IMG/VR virus record: IMGVR_UViG_3300025674_000016 | Location: 1 to 64,000 of that record | Strand: one strand, 5' to 3' | From: a virus | Length of the DNA stretch: 64,000 bases | Shown: one piece after another, positions 1 through 8,096 of the stretch | How the letters are laid out: each line of letters opens with the position of its first letter | How positions within the stretch are numbered: the stretch's first letter is position 1 | Translations under genes and position numbers: made by a program | Notes under the pieces: generated by a model | Told to the model about the DNA's origin: nothing | Databases searched by the model: none | What the model saw: the letters and a program-made list of their open reading frames with translations, nothing else

Positions 1-2
1 TG

Positions 3-113
3 AGCGGAGGCGTAGCCACCTCCCGAGAGCCCCGCTTGCCTCCAAGTCCCATAATCCCAGCCCTTGTCAGTCCCGACGCTGAAAACGCCGGGCTCGTCTG
101 TCCATTTGCTCAT
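3..113 (-). CDS. partial hypothetical protein (runs off left edge), MSKWTDEPGVFSVG...
   Basis: ATG at 113-111 overlaps the TGA of the upstream gene (ATGA coupling); frame open to the window edge; GC-rich like its neighbour. Confidence 0.55.
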   Translation of the reverse strand, partial: MSKWTDEPGVFSVGTDKGWDYGTWRQAGLSGGGYASA

Positions 114-451
114 GGCGCGGCCTCCAATGCTTTGACGAGGGCTTCAGCCTCAGTGTCGAAGGCCGGCAGGACGATAGCCGCCAGCCCCTCAGAGCCGTAT
201 CGAGCGCCGACCCCCCATTTGTCGCCAACTTGCATAGTGCTAACAACTGAGTCGTCGCCCCGATGTGGCTCCCACGCCTCCCTCACAAGGGCAAGCAGAC
301 ACCCCAGCGTGGCGGGGTCGGAGAGGTCGGGCAGTGCTGCCTCCCAATCATCCGTCATCTCATCTAGGCGCAAGCCGGTATCCAAAGCCAGCATTCCCGG
401 CATCCACCGCCAGTCCTTGCAGGCGACGGCCTTTTTTGCAAGCTCAATCAT
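110..451 (-). CDS. hypothetical phage protein (WRWMPGM...PDLSDPATLGCLLALVREAW type)
   Basis: 113 aa ORF, AGGA-like SD upstream, natural composition, ATGA-coupled to next gene. Confidence 0.75.
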   Translation of the reverse strand: MIELAKKAVACKDWRWMPGMLALDTGLRLDEMTDDWEAALPDLSDPATLGCLLALVREAWEPHRGDDSVVSTMQVGDKWGVGARYGSEGLAAIVLPAFDTEAEALVKALEAAP

Positions 452-505
452 CTTCTTTCCTGTTTGCTAGAGTTTGACGTACTGACAAATAAAAATTTTT
501 CCGAT

Positions 506-727
506 TCAGATTTCTCTGCCATTAAAGTTTCGCTTTAGGCTTTCAATGCAATCTTCTGCTTCTGCAAGCAATTCTAAATGTTTTTTATATTCCTCCAACA
601 TATTGCTGTGCTCGCCAATGCCGACAGGGTTCTCAAAATAAAGTTTTAAGGTTGCAAGCGCAGCATCTCGCTGCGCGACATAGTGAGACAATAAGGCCCT
701 ATAAAAAGGCAACTCTTCGTATTTCAT
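506..727 (-). CDS. small helical phage protein (NPVGIGEH motif)
   Basis: 73 aa ORF, GGAG SD, overlaps the stop of the GIY-YIG gene. Confidence 0.75.
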   Translation of the reverse strand: MKYEELPFYRALLSHYVAQRDAALATLKLYFENPVGIGEHSNMLEEYKKHLELLAEAEDCIESLKRNFNGREI

Positions 728-996
728 ATCTTCTCCATTGTGTGTAAATTTGCAATTATAAGAAGCCCCTTTTCCACCCTAGAGAGCTTCTTGATTCTCC
801 ATTCTTCTCTTTGTGCTAAGCTTCTGCTTGGATACTCAGAATAAAAAACTAACTCTACTGGTCTGCGCGTCTTTGTGTACTTTGCTCCCTTGTTTGTATT
901 GTTGTGTTCGTTGAGTCTTCTTGATAGCTCAGTTGTTATTCCAGTATAATAAGTTCCATCGGCACATTGGACGATGTATGTGTACCAAGTCTTCAT
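724..996 (-). CDS. stand-alone GIY-YIG nuclease (YhbQ/YazA-like)
   Basis: WYTYIVQCADGTYYTGIT...RRLNEHN...GAKYTKTRRPV...E..IK; start moved to ATG 996 because the track's TTG start is the -35 box. Confidence 0.9.
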   Translation of the reverse strand: MKTWYTYIVQCADGTYYTGITTELSRRLNEHNNTNKGAKYTKTRRPVELVFYSEYPSRSLAQREEWRIKKLSRVEKGLLIIANLHTMEKI

Positions 997-1003
997 GCCA
1001 AAC

Positions 1004-1032
1004 AATATAGCACTGCGCAGTCCTAGTGTCAA
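1004..1032 (-). promoter_or_regulatory. sigma70-type promoter TTGACA-17-TATATT, leaderless for the GIY-YIG gene
   Basis: -35 at 1032-1027, -10 at 1009-1004, ATG 7 nt downstream of the -10. Confidence 0.8.
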
Positions 1033-1097
1033 GCAAAAGTTTGCTCATCTCGCAATGATAAACTATTTATTTGAGAAAAATAAAAGGAGTTTGATTA

Positions 1098-2168
1098 ATG
1101 CTATTGAAACGAGGGGACCGCAGCGAAGAAGTCAAAGCGGTTCAAGAAAAACTAAAACAATTAAATTTCTATGCTGGTGGTGTTGACGGCATCTTTGGCC
1201 AAAACACAGATCGGGCAGTTCGTTCTTTTCAGGCTTCACGAGGTCTTCTTGTGGATGGTGTCGTTGGCCCTCAAACAAACGCCGCTTTGCGAAAGGCTAC
1301 AGGGCAAAAAACAGCACCTTCTAGCCCTTTGAAAGCTCCAAGAGGCCAGAACTCCGTTCCACCAACTCACGACAGTATTTCGGCCTGTAGTCACGCTGCA
1401 TGGTCAAGGTATAAAAGTTTTAAAGATTGTTTATTGGGTAGCAACAATACAGGCGAGCATGTTTTCTATGGACCGGGGCGTGGCCTTTTTGAACAAGACA
1501 AATGGGTTGTCTCATATGGCCCAGGCAAGCTAGGCAGAAAAACATGGGCAGTTAAAGGCGGTAAGACAGGCCCAAGCTTGCACTGTTCTAGTTTAACAAA
1601 TTTATTTTTGGGATATCTGCTCAATTATAATGATAAGTGGACACACCAAGGCAATATGCCAGATCAAATGAAAATGTGTTTGCAAGATGATGGGCTGCAC
1701 CCGCTTCCTCAAAATAAAAAGATTAAGTATCGAGGATACGGCGACAATTGCATGCGCCTTGCAAGCAACGGCGATACCGCAGAAAGATGGGGTATTGGCG
1801 GCAAGTTTATGCACAACAGGCTTGATGCCCTTGAAGTCTGGGAGCGCAGAAAAGAACTGGCCACTTTCAATATCTGGGCTCAAAGCACAAAGAAAGGCCG
1901 CTCTTCAAAAATGAAGTGGGACCACCATGTAGGCTTATTTATTTATGACCATGCCGAAGACCGAATGTGGCGATTGGCTGCTGATGGCTATAGGGGCAGT
2001 GGCGGTGCTTATTCTGCAACGCCCGTTCAATATCGTGAAATAGATGCTGCTTGGTCAAAGCAAGACGCAGAAAACAAATTTTATCAGATTATGCGAATTA
2101 TCCCTGATGATGAGCATGGCAATTTTGGATTGGGCAGTGAATCTTTGCCAATGGAGGTTGAGGAGTGA
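1098..2168 (+). CDS. peptidoglycan-binding domain protein with putative Cys-His (NlpC/P60/CHAP-like) hydrolase domain; endolysin candidate
   Basis: N-terminal PG_binding_1 (LKRGDRSEEVKAVQ..L...DGIFG..T..AV..FQ...GL.VDGVVGPQT); later HCSSL and DHHVG motifs; AGGAG SD. Confidence 0.75.
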   Translation: MLLKRGDRSEEVKAVQEKLKQLNFYAGGVDGIFGQNTDRAVRSFQASRGLLVDGVVGPQTNAALRKATGQKTAPSSPLKAPRGQNSVPPTHDSISACSHAAWSRYKSFKDCLLGSNNTGEHVFYGPGRGLFEQDKWVVSYGPGKLGRKTWAVKGGKTGPSLHCSSLTNLFLGYLLNYNDKWTHQGNMPDQMKMCLQDDGLHPLPQNKKIKYRGYGDNCMRLASNGDTAERWGIGGKFMHNRLDALEVWERRKELATFNIWAQSTKKGRSSKMKWDHHVGLFIYDHAEDRMWRLAADGYRGSGGAYSATPVQYREIDAAWSKQDAENKFYQIMRIIPDDEHGNFGLGSESLPMEVEE

Positions 2169-3661
2169 AAATTACAAAGACTGAATTAAAATCAATAATT
2201 TCAGAAGAGATGTCTTATGAGATCTTAGAACAAAGATTGGATTTATTAAACGAGGATCTTCGTTATATAAATAATAAAAAATTACTAAAGGAAGGTTTTT
2301 TAGACGCTGCGCAAGGTGTCTTGGACCTAGTTGGGCTAATACCTGGCGCTGGTGAGATTGCAGATGCTATTAATGGTGTGGTCTCTTTATTGAGGGCTCT
2401 TGTGGAGTCAGAAGGTAAATTTGAAAACGTATTAAATGCAATTTTTTCTTTTATATCAATGGTGCCAGCAATAGGAGATGCAGTTGGAAAAGGTGGCAAA
2501 CTTGGCATTTATTTTATAAAAATTTTAGATAAATTTCCCCAACTTAAAAAAGCGGGAGACTTAATTAATGCTGCAAAGAGCAATAAAAAATTAATGTTTG
2601 TTGTCACTAACGCTAAAAAGTTTTTCTCTGATCATGGTGACAAAGTAGTAGGTGTAGTGAAAGCTTTGCAAGAAAAAGATGTTGATTCTATCTATAGAAT
2701 TTTTAATATTAAAAAAATTAAAAATGAAAGAGTTCAACAAAAGATAGACCTCTTATTTGAACAAGGTCTAGAGGGCATCAGTGAAAGAATGCAGGGATTA
2801 GATACCGATTCTTTAACCAGTGCTATTGAAGTTCTTAATGGTTTAAATTTGCAAACAAATGAATCTATAAATAACCATAGTAATTCAATTACTAAATCAA
2901 AATTAAGACAAATTATTCGTGAAGAGTTAAATAAGCAACTCCATAAAGAAGGTATTTTTGATACACTTAAAGGCGCTTTTGGGGGCAAGAAAAGCACCAC
3001 TGGCGACTTGGATTTAGAAGCCAATGGGGACTTGGGTTCAAAGCTGGAAGAGAAAGAGAAAGAATTTAAAGCAGCAGGGACTATAGAAAAAGGAAGCCTA
3101 CGACAACCGTTTATAGATCTTGTTAATCAAGCCTTAGAAAGTAGTGATCCGGTCGCCAAAGAAAAGGCAAACGAAATAAAGAAAAAATATCGCTCTCTTT
3201 TTATAGATCCTGAGCCTTTCGATGGAAACTTGAGTTTATATTCAGGCAAAGATTTGAGTAGACAAGGTTTTAAAGGTAAAGACCTCAGAAATGTGAACTT
3301 TTCAAAATCCGATTTGCAAAATGCAAATTTTGAAAATGCTATTTTTTCTATTGACCCTGCTTTGGGTAAAGAAAATTACATTTTTTCTGGGAGTGACATT
3401 ACTGGGGCCAACTTCAAAGGTATAAGAATATATGTCCAAGGTTTAGATCAAAGTTGGCCAAAAGATGGAAAGCTCCCTTACACAGAGGAAGGTGAAGGAT
3501 ATATAGAGCGCCCAGAAGGAAACCTGCACGGCAGTCGCTACCGTCCGCGTGCTATGAGAGACTCTGACAGGAAAGCGCGGGCAGAGCACATGGAACTTTT
3601 CAAAAAGTATTTCAAAATGCTAACTAAAGGCTCGATCATAAAAGGGTATCCAAAATTTTAA
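2165..3661 (+). CDS. leader-motif protein with pre-toxin TG-like domain and pentapeptide repeats
   Basis: MKITKTELKSIISEE leader; LDLVGLIPGAGEIADAING...ISMVPAIGD; second internal leader ITKSKLRQIIREEL; DLRNVNFSKSDLQNANFENA repeats. Confidence 0.8.
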   Translation: MKITKTELKSIISEEMSYEILEQRLDLLNEDLRYINNKKLLKEGFLDAAQGVLDLVGLIPGAGEIADAINGVVSLLRALVESEGKFENVLNAIFSFISMVPAIGDAVGKGGKLGIYFIKILDKFPQLKKAGDLINAAKSNKKLMFVVTNAKKFFSDHGDKVVGVVKALQEKDVDSIYRIFNIKKIKNERVQQKIDLLFEQGLEGISERMQGLDTDSLTSAIEVLNGLNLQTNESINNHSNSITKSKLRQIIREELNKQLHKEGIFDTLKGAFGGKKSTTGDLDLEANGDLGSKLEEKEKEFKAAGTIEKGSLRQPFIDLVNQALESSDPVAKEKANEIKKKYRSLFIDPEPFDGNLSLYSGKDLSRQGFKGKDLRNVNFSKSDLQNANFENAIFSIDPALGKENYIFSGSDITGANFKGIRIYVQGLDQSWPKDGKLPYTEEGEGYIERPEGNLHGSRYRPRAMRDSDRKARAEHMELFKKYFKMLTKGSIIKGYPKF

Positions 3662-3695
3662 ATACTCTTAGAAACCAACTAGAAGAAAAATAAAA

Positions 3696-3776
3696 ATGAA
3701 GAAGATCAGCAGAAAGAAAATAGAAATAACTAAATTAAAATTAAAACAAATTATTCGTGAAGAGCTAAATAAGTGA
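3696..3776 (+). pseudogene. 26-codon chimeric mini-ORF (MKKISRKKIEITKLKLKQIIREELNK)
   Basis: 3693-3726 matches 4142-4175 at 32/34 nt; 3726-3773 matches 2888-2935 at 44/48 nt. Confidence 0.6.
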
Positions 3777-3782
3777 TATAAT
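3774..3782 (+). promoter_or_regulatory. extended -10 promoter TGaTATAAT, leaderless for the 3789 gene
   Basis: TG-n-TATAAT ends 6 nt before ATG 3789; no SD present. Confidence 0.6.
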
Positions 3783-3788
3783 GAATCC

Positions 3789-4148
3789 ATGAATTGGAAA
3801 ATAGTTCTTATCTCTGCTCTCTTGACAATTGTAGGCCAGATCTTGGTCTGGTTTCAATGCAGCCTGCAATATATTTCTGACTGGTGGAAAGATCACCCCA
3901 CACTCAATATTGTTTTATTTTCCCTTCCCGCAGCCTTTTGCTTTTATTGGGGCTGGACCTATATGGTTCAAGCCACCAATTCTTTATGGGCTGCTAGGCT
4001 AATTGGATTTGCAATTAGCTTTACAGTGTTCCCCTTTATGACGTGGTACTTTGTTGGCGAGAGCATGTTCAGGCCAAAGGTTATGATCTGCATTGTTCTT
4101 GCCATTATTATGATATTGGTTCAACTATTTTATCCGGAGACAAAATGA
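3789..4148 (+). CDS. 4-TM small membrane protein (DMT/EamA-like size)
   Basis: four hydrophobic segments in 119 aa. Confidence 0.75.
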   Translation: MNWKIVLISALLTIVGQILVWFQCSLQYISDWWKDHPTLNIVLFSLPAAFCFYWGWTYMVQATNSLWAARLIGFAISFTVFPFMTWYFVGESMFRPKVMICIVLAIIMILVQLFYPETK

Positions 4149-4369
4149 AGAAGATCAACAGAAAGAAAATGGAAAAAGATTTGTTATTGTTCGCAGAAAA
4201 GTTTGAAGACACAATAGTCGAGTGGCATGAATATGATGCTGCCAGCAAACAAGTTTTTATTTGGGTTGAAGGCAAGTGGGACTTGGACATTAAGTATGAG
4301 CTTAAAGATTATTTGCAAGAAAACTTTCACAATAGAATTCTTGTTAGCAGAATGATTTATAGAGATTAA
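4145..4369 (+). CDS. hypothetical protein (74 aa)
   Basis: ATG 4145 overlaps upstream TGA; GGAG SD. Confidence 0.65.
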   Translation: MKKINRKKMEKDLLLFAEKFEDTIVEWHEYDAASKQVFIWVEGKWDLDIKYELKDYLQENFHNRILVSRMIYRD

Positions 4370-4370
4370 G

Positions 4371-4554
4371 AGGCGTGGGCTACCCAACCCACCGCGCATG
4401 CTGCGCCCACCTGAACAGGGAGACAGGATTTTATACCTGTAAAAGATCAAGTATTCCTGGCTGTCTTATTCCTTGATCCGAGTCGTGTATGCATGTCGCC
4501 AGTAGAACTCTGCGTGTTTTCCGCCGCTCCCCTACCATCAGGGTATCTTCATTT
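4371..4554 (-). ncRNA. candidate structured ncRNA (unassigned)
   Basis: GC-rich intergenic island, several stems, G-U pairs that work only on the minus strand, dedicated promoter directly upstream. Confidence 0.55.
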
Positions 4555-4560
4555 ATAATA

Positions 4561-4589
4561 AATATAACACAGTCACAATATTTTGTCAA
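4561..4589 (-). promoter_or_regulatory. sigma70-type promoter TTGACA-17-TATATT
   Basis: -35 at 4589-4584, -10 at 4566-4561. Confidence 0.8.
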
Positions 4590-4656
4590 CTGTTTTTATA
4601 AAAAAAATAACTAATTATTTGGAATAAGAAAATTACAGTAAGGGAGAAACAAAAGC

Positions 4657-4929
4657 ATGAAGTTCACCTTTGAGCACGCTAAAACTGTTTTATCTGTCTT
4701 AGTCATTCCTGTTGCCCTTTGGGCTGTCAAGCTAGAAGTTAATAGCGCCGTAATGGCAGAGAACATGTCAAGAATGGAGGCAGATATAGAAGAGGCAAAC
4801 GAGATCAGCGCAGTTGTCCAACAAAATAAAGTAACACTTGCCCTACTAAAGGAGAGGCTAGACAATGCCAATGAAACTCTCAAAGACATTAAGGATATTC
4901 TCAGGGATCGCGTTCGTCCTGTTGATTAG
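4657..4929 (+). CDS. single-TM coiled-coil protein
   Basis: N-terminal hydrophobic helix, heptad pattern, GGGAG SD. Confidence 0.75.
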   Translation: MKFTFEHAKTVLSVLVIPVALWAVKLEVNSAVMAENMSRMEADIEEANEISAVVQQNKVTLALLKERLDNANETLKDIKDILRDRVRPVD

Positions 4930-5128
4930 TTATCTTTCTTGGGCCAGTGGCAAGACAAGCCAAGCTCAGGAATCAAATAAAGGATCTATTTATAAAGACG
5001 AACAATCTATAGATGTTAAGCAAATAGAAAAGCTTGACGAAGAACTACTTGATCTCAAACAACAAATAACAGAGATCAAAAGGAAGCAGCAAAATGATAA
5101 GGATTATAATCAGAGGAAAAGACGGTAA
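4865..5128 (+). CDS. single-TM coiled-coil protein overlapping the previous gene
   Basis: LRIFSGIAFVLLISYLSWA helix, C-terminal coiled coil, GAGG SD. Confidence 0.55.
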   Translation: MPMKLSKTLRIFSGIAFVLLISYLSWASGKTSQAQESNKGSIYKDEQSIDVKQIEKLDEELLDLKQQITEIKRKQQNDKDYNQRKRR

Positions 5129-5693
5129 AGCCAAGCTTTGCCCCGAAGCAACTCAAGATCTCGAATTAAATACAAAAAATAGGGACGCCTCTATAAAAGC
5201 AGATCATATACAATATGGCCCTCTTAATGTTGATGAGCCGGGTAGCTACTGGAAGGATATTGCAGACCACTGGGATACTGCCGAGGAGGCTGCAAAAAAA
5301 TCTCTTTGTGGTAACTGTGTTGCATTTGATATCTCTCCAAGAATGAAAGATTGTATGCCAGGTGAAACGTCTGATGACGACGGTGAGCTAGGCTATTGCT
5401 GGATGCATCATTTTAAATGTCACTCTGCAAGATCTTGCCGAACATGGGCAAAAGGTGGCCCAATCAAAAACGACGAAAAGTCAAAAGAATGGCAAGACAA
5501 AAACAAAGAACAATTAGACGAAAAGAAAAAGAAACGTAAAAAGAAGAAAAAGAAACGTAAAAAGAAGAAAAAGAAAGCAGGGGATAGATGTGTGAGAATT
5601 GCAAAGCGCAAGTATGACGTTTGGCCCTCTGCCTACGCCTCTGGCGCTGTAGTTAAGTGCAGGCAAGGTAAAATATGGAAGGGTGAAAAATGA
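5094..5693 (+). CDS. Cys-rich (HiPIP-like CGNC...C...C..W) plus poly-Lys phage protein
   Basis: LCGNCVAF...GYC...FKCHSARSCRTW; LDE then 18 K/R; KRKYDVWPSAYASG module. Confidence 0.85.
   Translation: MIRIIIRGKDGKAKLCPEATQDLELNTKNRDASIKADHIQYGPLNVDEPGSYWKDIADHWDTAEEAAKKSLCGNCVAFDISPRMKDCMPGETSDDDGELGYCWMHHFKCHSARSCRTWAKGGPIKNDEKSKEWQDKNKEQLDEKKKKRKKKKKKRKKKKKKAGDRCVRIAKRKYDVWPSAYASGAVVKCRQGKIWKGEK
5523..5576 (+). repeat. 21-nt tandem repeat encoding a poly-Lys/Arg tract
   Basis: AAGAAAAAGAAACGTAAAAAG x2 plus a partial third copy. Confidence 0.8.
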
Positions 5694-6229
5694 TAAGAAT
5701 TAGAATTGTTTCATCACTAAAAAGCAAAATAAGAAAAGCTCTTCACGATGAAGGTGGCGCTGCCGGTATGGATGCCTTGATAAAACATACCGGCTCTGAC
5801 AAGCAAACTATAGATGCCGCTGTTCAGGAGATGCCAGATGTTGCGATACACAAGCACGGGGATTATATCATTGACGACGATGCTTGGGTGGATGTTGATG
5901 GCACTCAAAGAATAGATGAAAAAAAGAAGCGTAAAAAAAAACGCAAAAAAAAGAAACGTAAAAAGAAAGCCGGTACTGAATCCTCAAAGGAAAGCTCTTT
6001 AAGAGACTGGTTTGGCAGAAGAGGCGGTAAAGGCAAAGCCAAGGGCTGGGTTGATTGCAATACATGCCGCAAAGATAAGAAGACAGGTCGCAAAAAATGC
6101 AAGCCTTGCGGTCGCCAAAAAGGCGAAAAAAGATCAAAATATCCAGCTTGCCGACCAACGCCCGGAGCCTGCGAAGAAAGAGGTCGTGGTAAGAGTTGGG
6201 GCAAAAAATCCAAAAAGGGGAAAAAATAA
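5690..6229 (+). CDS. highly basic Cys-containing phage protein
   Basis: IDE then 16 K/R; LRDWF...GWVDC...PCGR...KYPACRP module. Confidence 0.85.
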   Translation: MIRIRIVSSLKSKIRKALHDEGGAAGMDALIKHTGSDKQTIDAAVQEMPDVAIHKHGDYIIDDDAWVDVDGTQRIDEKKKRKKKRKKKKRKKKAGTESSKESSLRDWFGRRGGKGKAKGWVDCNTCRKDKKTGRKKCKPCGRQKGEKRSKYPACRPTPGACEERGRGKSWGKKSKKGKK

Positions 6230-6486
6230 TGAAACTAACAAAAAGTCTATTGGAGTCTCTAATCAGGGAAGCACTAGAAGAGACAGGATGTAGAGGAAGA
6301 GAACTAGAAGAAGGCAACTGTGTAAGCGAAGAAGAACAAACTTTAGAGGAAAAGAAAAAGAAGAAAAAGAAAAAATCCAAAAAAGTTGAAAACCCAAGAA
6401 AGTACAAAAAGAGGAATTACGATAGAGATGGTGACGGTGTTCCAAATGGGGCAGACTCTAAACCAGATGATGGTAGTAAATCATGA
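6229..6486 (+). CDS. leader-motif protein with poly-Lys tract and DxDGDG (TSP3-like) motif
   Basis: MKLTKSLLESLIREAL; LEE-KKKKKKKK; DRDGDGVPNGAD; start at ATG 6229 overlapping upstream TAA. Confidence 0.75.
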   Translation: MKLTKSLLESLIREALEETGCRGRELEEGNCVSEEEQTLEEKKKKKKKKSKKVENPRKYKKRNYDRDGDGVPNGADSKPDDGSKS

Positions 6487-7076
6487 AAATGCAAAACTTA
6501 TTTGAAGGCTTCAGAAAATGGTCAAATGAAAAGCCTATTATTTCTGAGGCTCTTCAGTATCACATAGATCACGATGTTGGAATTGATAGAAATGTATTCA
6601 GGCCGGGATCTAAAGAGTTTTTATCTTTATTCAAAGAAGTTAGAGATCTCTATAATAAAGGCCAATACAAACTAAACGAAGGTGAAGAATATTATATTCT
6701 CGAAACAGACATAGGCGAATACGCTTTATATGAAGGCGAGATGGTCCCTCTTGATATGCCGATGCCGATTGAGGAAGCTAAAAAGAGGCGTAAAAAAAAG
6801 AAAAAGAAAAACCCTCCTCTCAACAAACCTTCGCTAAACACAGGCGGCGGCAAAAAGTGGAAAGTCTTTGTTCGAAGTAAATCAGGTGGTGTTAAAAAAG
6901 TTACCTTTGGAGACAAGAAAGGCGGATTGAAAGGCAACTGGAATGATCCAAAAGCTCGCGCATCTTTTGCAAAAAGACACAAGTGTGCAGAGAAAAAAGA
7001 TAAAACCAAAGCAGGCTACTGGTCTTGTAGGGCACACAAATACTTTGGCAAGAATGTCCCAGGCCGTTTCTGGTGA
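6483..7076 (+). CDS. phage protein with basic C-terminal module (KKWKVFV...VKKVTFGD...ARASFAKRHKC)
   Basis: MKMQNLFEGFRKW leader; IEE-A-KKRRKKKKKK junction. Confidence 0.85.
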   Translation: MKMQNLFEGFRKWSNEKPIISEALQYHIDHDVGIDRNVFRPGSKEFLSLFKEVRDLYNKGQYKLNEGEEYYILETDIGEYALYEGEMVPLDMPMPIEEAKKRRKKKKKKNPPLNKPSLNTGGGKKWKVFVRSKSGGVKKVTFGDKKGGLKGNWNDPKARASFAKRHKCAEKKDKTKAGYWSCRAHKYFGKNVPGRFW

Positions 7077-7085
7077 GAATATAGA

Positions 7086-8096
7086 ATGAAGTTAATCTTT
7101 GAAAACTGGCGGAGGCACTTAAAAGAAAATTTTTCTCAAGGGGGTGAATACTTCTTGAGGTTCGGAGACCCACGAGAGGTAAAAAACTCTGTTATACACG
7201 ATCCTAGAATGGAATATGAGCGACTATCTTCTGATGACTGGTCTAGCGGCATGGTGCATCAGAAATATGAAGCTGGTATTTCCGCATACCCAGTCTTGCA
7301 TTATGGTGAAGACAAAGTAGTTTTTGAAGCTCCTGTGGGGCTTGATGTTTTTGCCGGTCAGGCTAAAGGGTTTCTTTTCGATAGATTGCTTAATCAAGAA
7401 ATATATGTTTTCAAAGCAGACAAGCTAAGTAAGGCCGGAACTGACGGTGAGCCATTGATCATCGACAACACAATAGAGGATGTTCAAAGAATAAAACATA
7501 GAAATATCTATTTGGGACAAGAAATCTGGGATGAAAAAGAGAAAAAGGCCACTCTCATACAATACAAAAATATATTTGATTTCATCAGGCCATATGATAT
7601 TAAATTCGAATATGAAAATAGTTATGAAAAGTTTTTTGACTACGATAAACACACAACCATCGATAAACTTCTGCCCCCCGAAGAGGTAAAGAAAAAATAT
7701 CAAGCAGAGTTTGATAGACTAAAACAGATCTTTCCAACAGAGGAACACCGTAAAGTAATAGACGAACAAATAACAGATTACGACGAGGAACTTGAGTATT
7801 ATAAAGAGCGTTATAAAAAAAAACAAGCAGATAGCATGCCCTTCTCTCAAGAACAAATAGATGAGTCCACATTTATCAGAGAGTTTAGTCAGGACATTGA
7901 CAGTGAAGAACTTATCTGGCACATGGATCGTGAAGATAGAACCGTTACCATCCTAGAGTCAAGTGGCTGGGAGTTTCAAATGGACAATGAACTTCCAAAG
8001 ATATTAAAAGAAGGCGATGTGCTTTTTATTCCCAAATACACTTATCACAGGGTAATTAAAGGTAGTGGAAAACTTATCGTGGAGATCAAAGAGTGA
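7086..8096 (+). CDS. leader-motif protein: possible R-S-E ART-like domain fused to C-terminal cupin
   Basis: MKLIFENWRRHLKE; FLRFG...EAGISAY...DGEPLI; WHMDREDR...LFIPKYTYHRVIKG. Confidence 0.7.
   Translation: MKLIFENWRRHLKENFSQGGEYFLRFGDPREVKNSVIHDPRMEYERLSSDDWSSGMVHQKYEAGISAYPVLHYGEDKVVFEAPVGLDVFAGQAKGFLFDRLLNQEIYVFKADKLSKAGTDGEPLIIDNTIEDVQRIKHRNIYLGQEIWDEKEKKATLIQYKNIFDFIRPYDIKFEYENSYEKFFDYDKHTTIDKLLPPEEVKKKYQAEFDRLKQIFPTEEHRKVIDEQITDYDEELEYYKERYKKKQADSMPFSQEQIDESTFIREFSQDIDSEELIWHMDREDRTVTILESSGWEFQMDNELPKILKEGDVLFIPKYTYHRVIKGSGKLIVEIKE

Noticed and set aside
36-470. 144 aa plus-strand ORF
   Set aside because: Ser/Pro/Ala-rich shadow of the two coupled minus-strand genes in GC-rich DNA.
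724-996. Homing endonuclease or intron
   Set aside because: Only a 90 aa catalytic domain with its own promoter; no interrupted host gene or DNA-binding extension.
4500-4545. Hammerhead ribozyme in the 4.4 kb RNA (CUGAUG...GAAA on the minus strand)
   Set aside because: The core reads CUGAUGG rather than CUGANGA and I could not build the three required stems.
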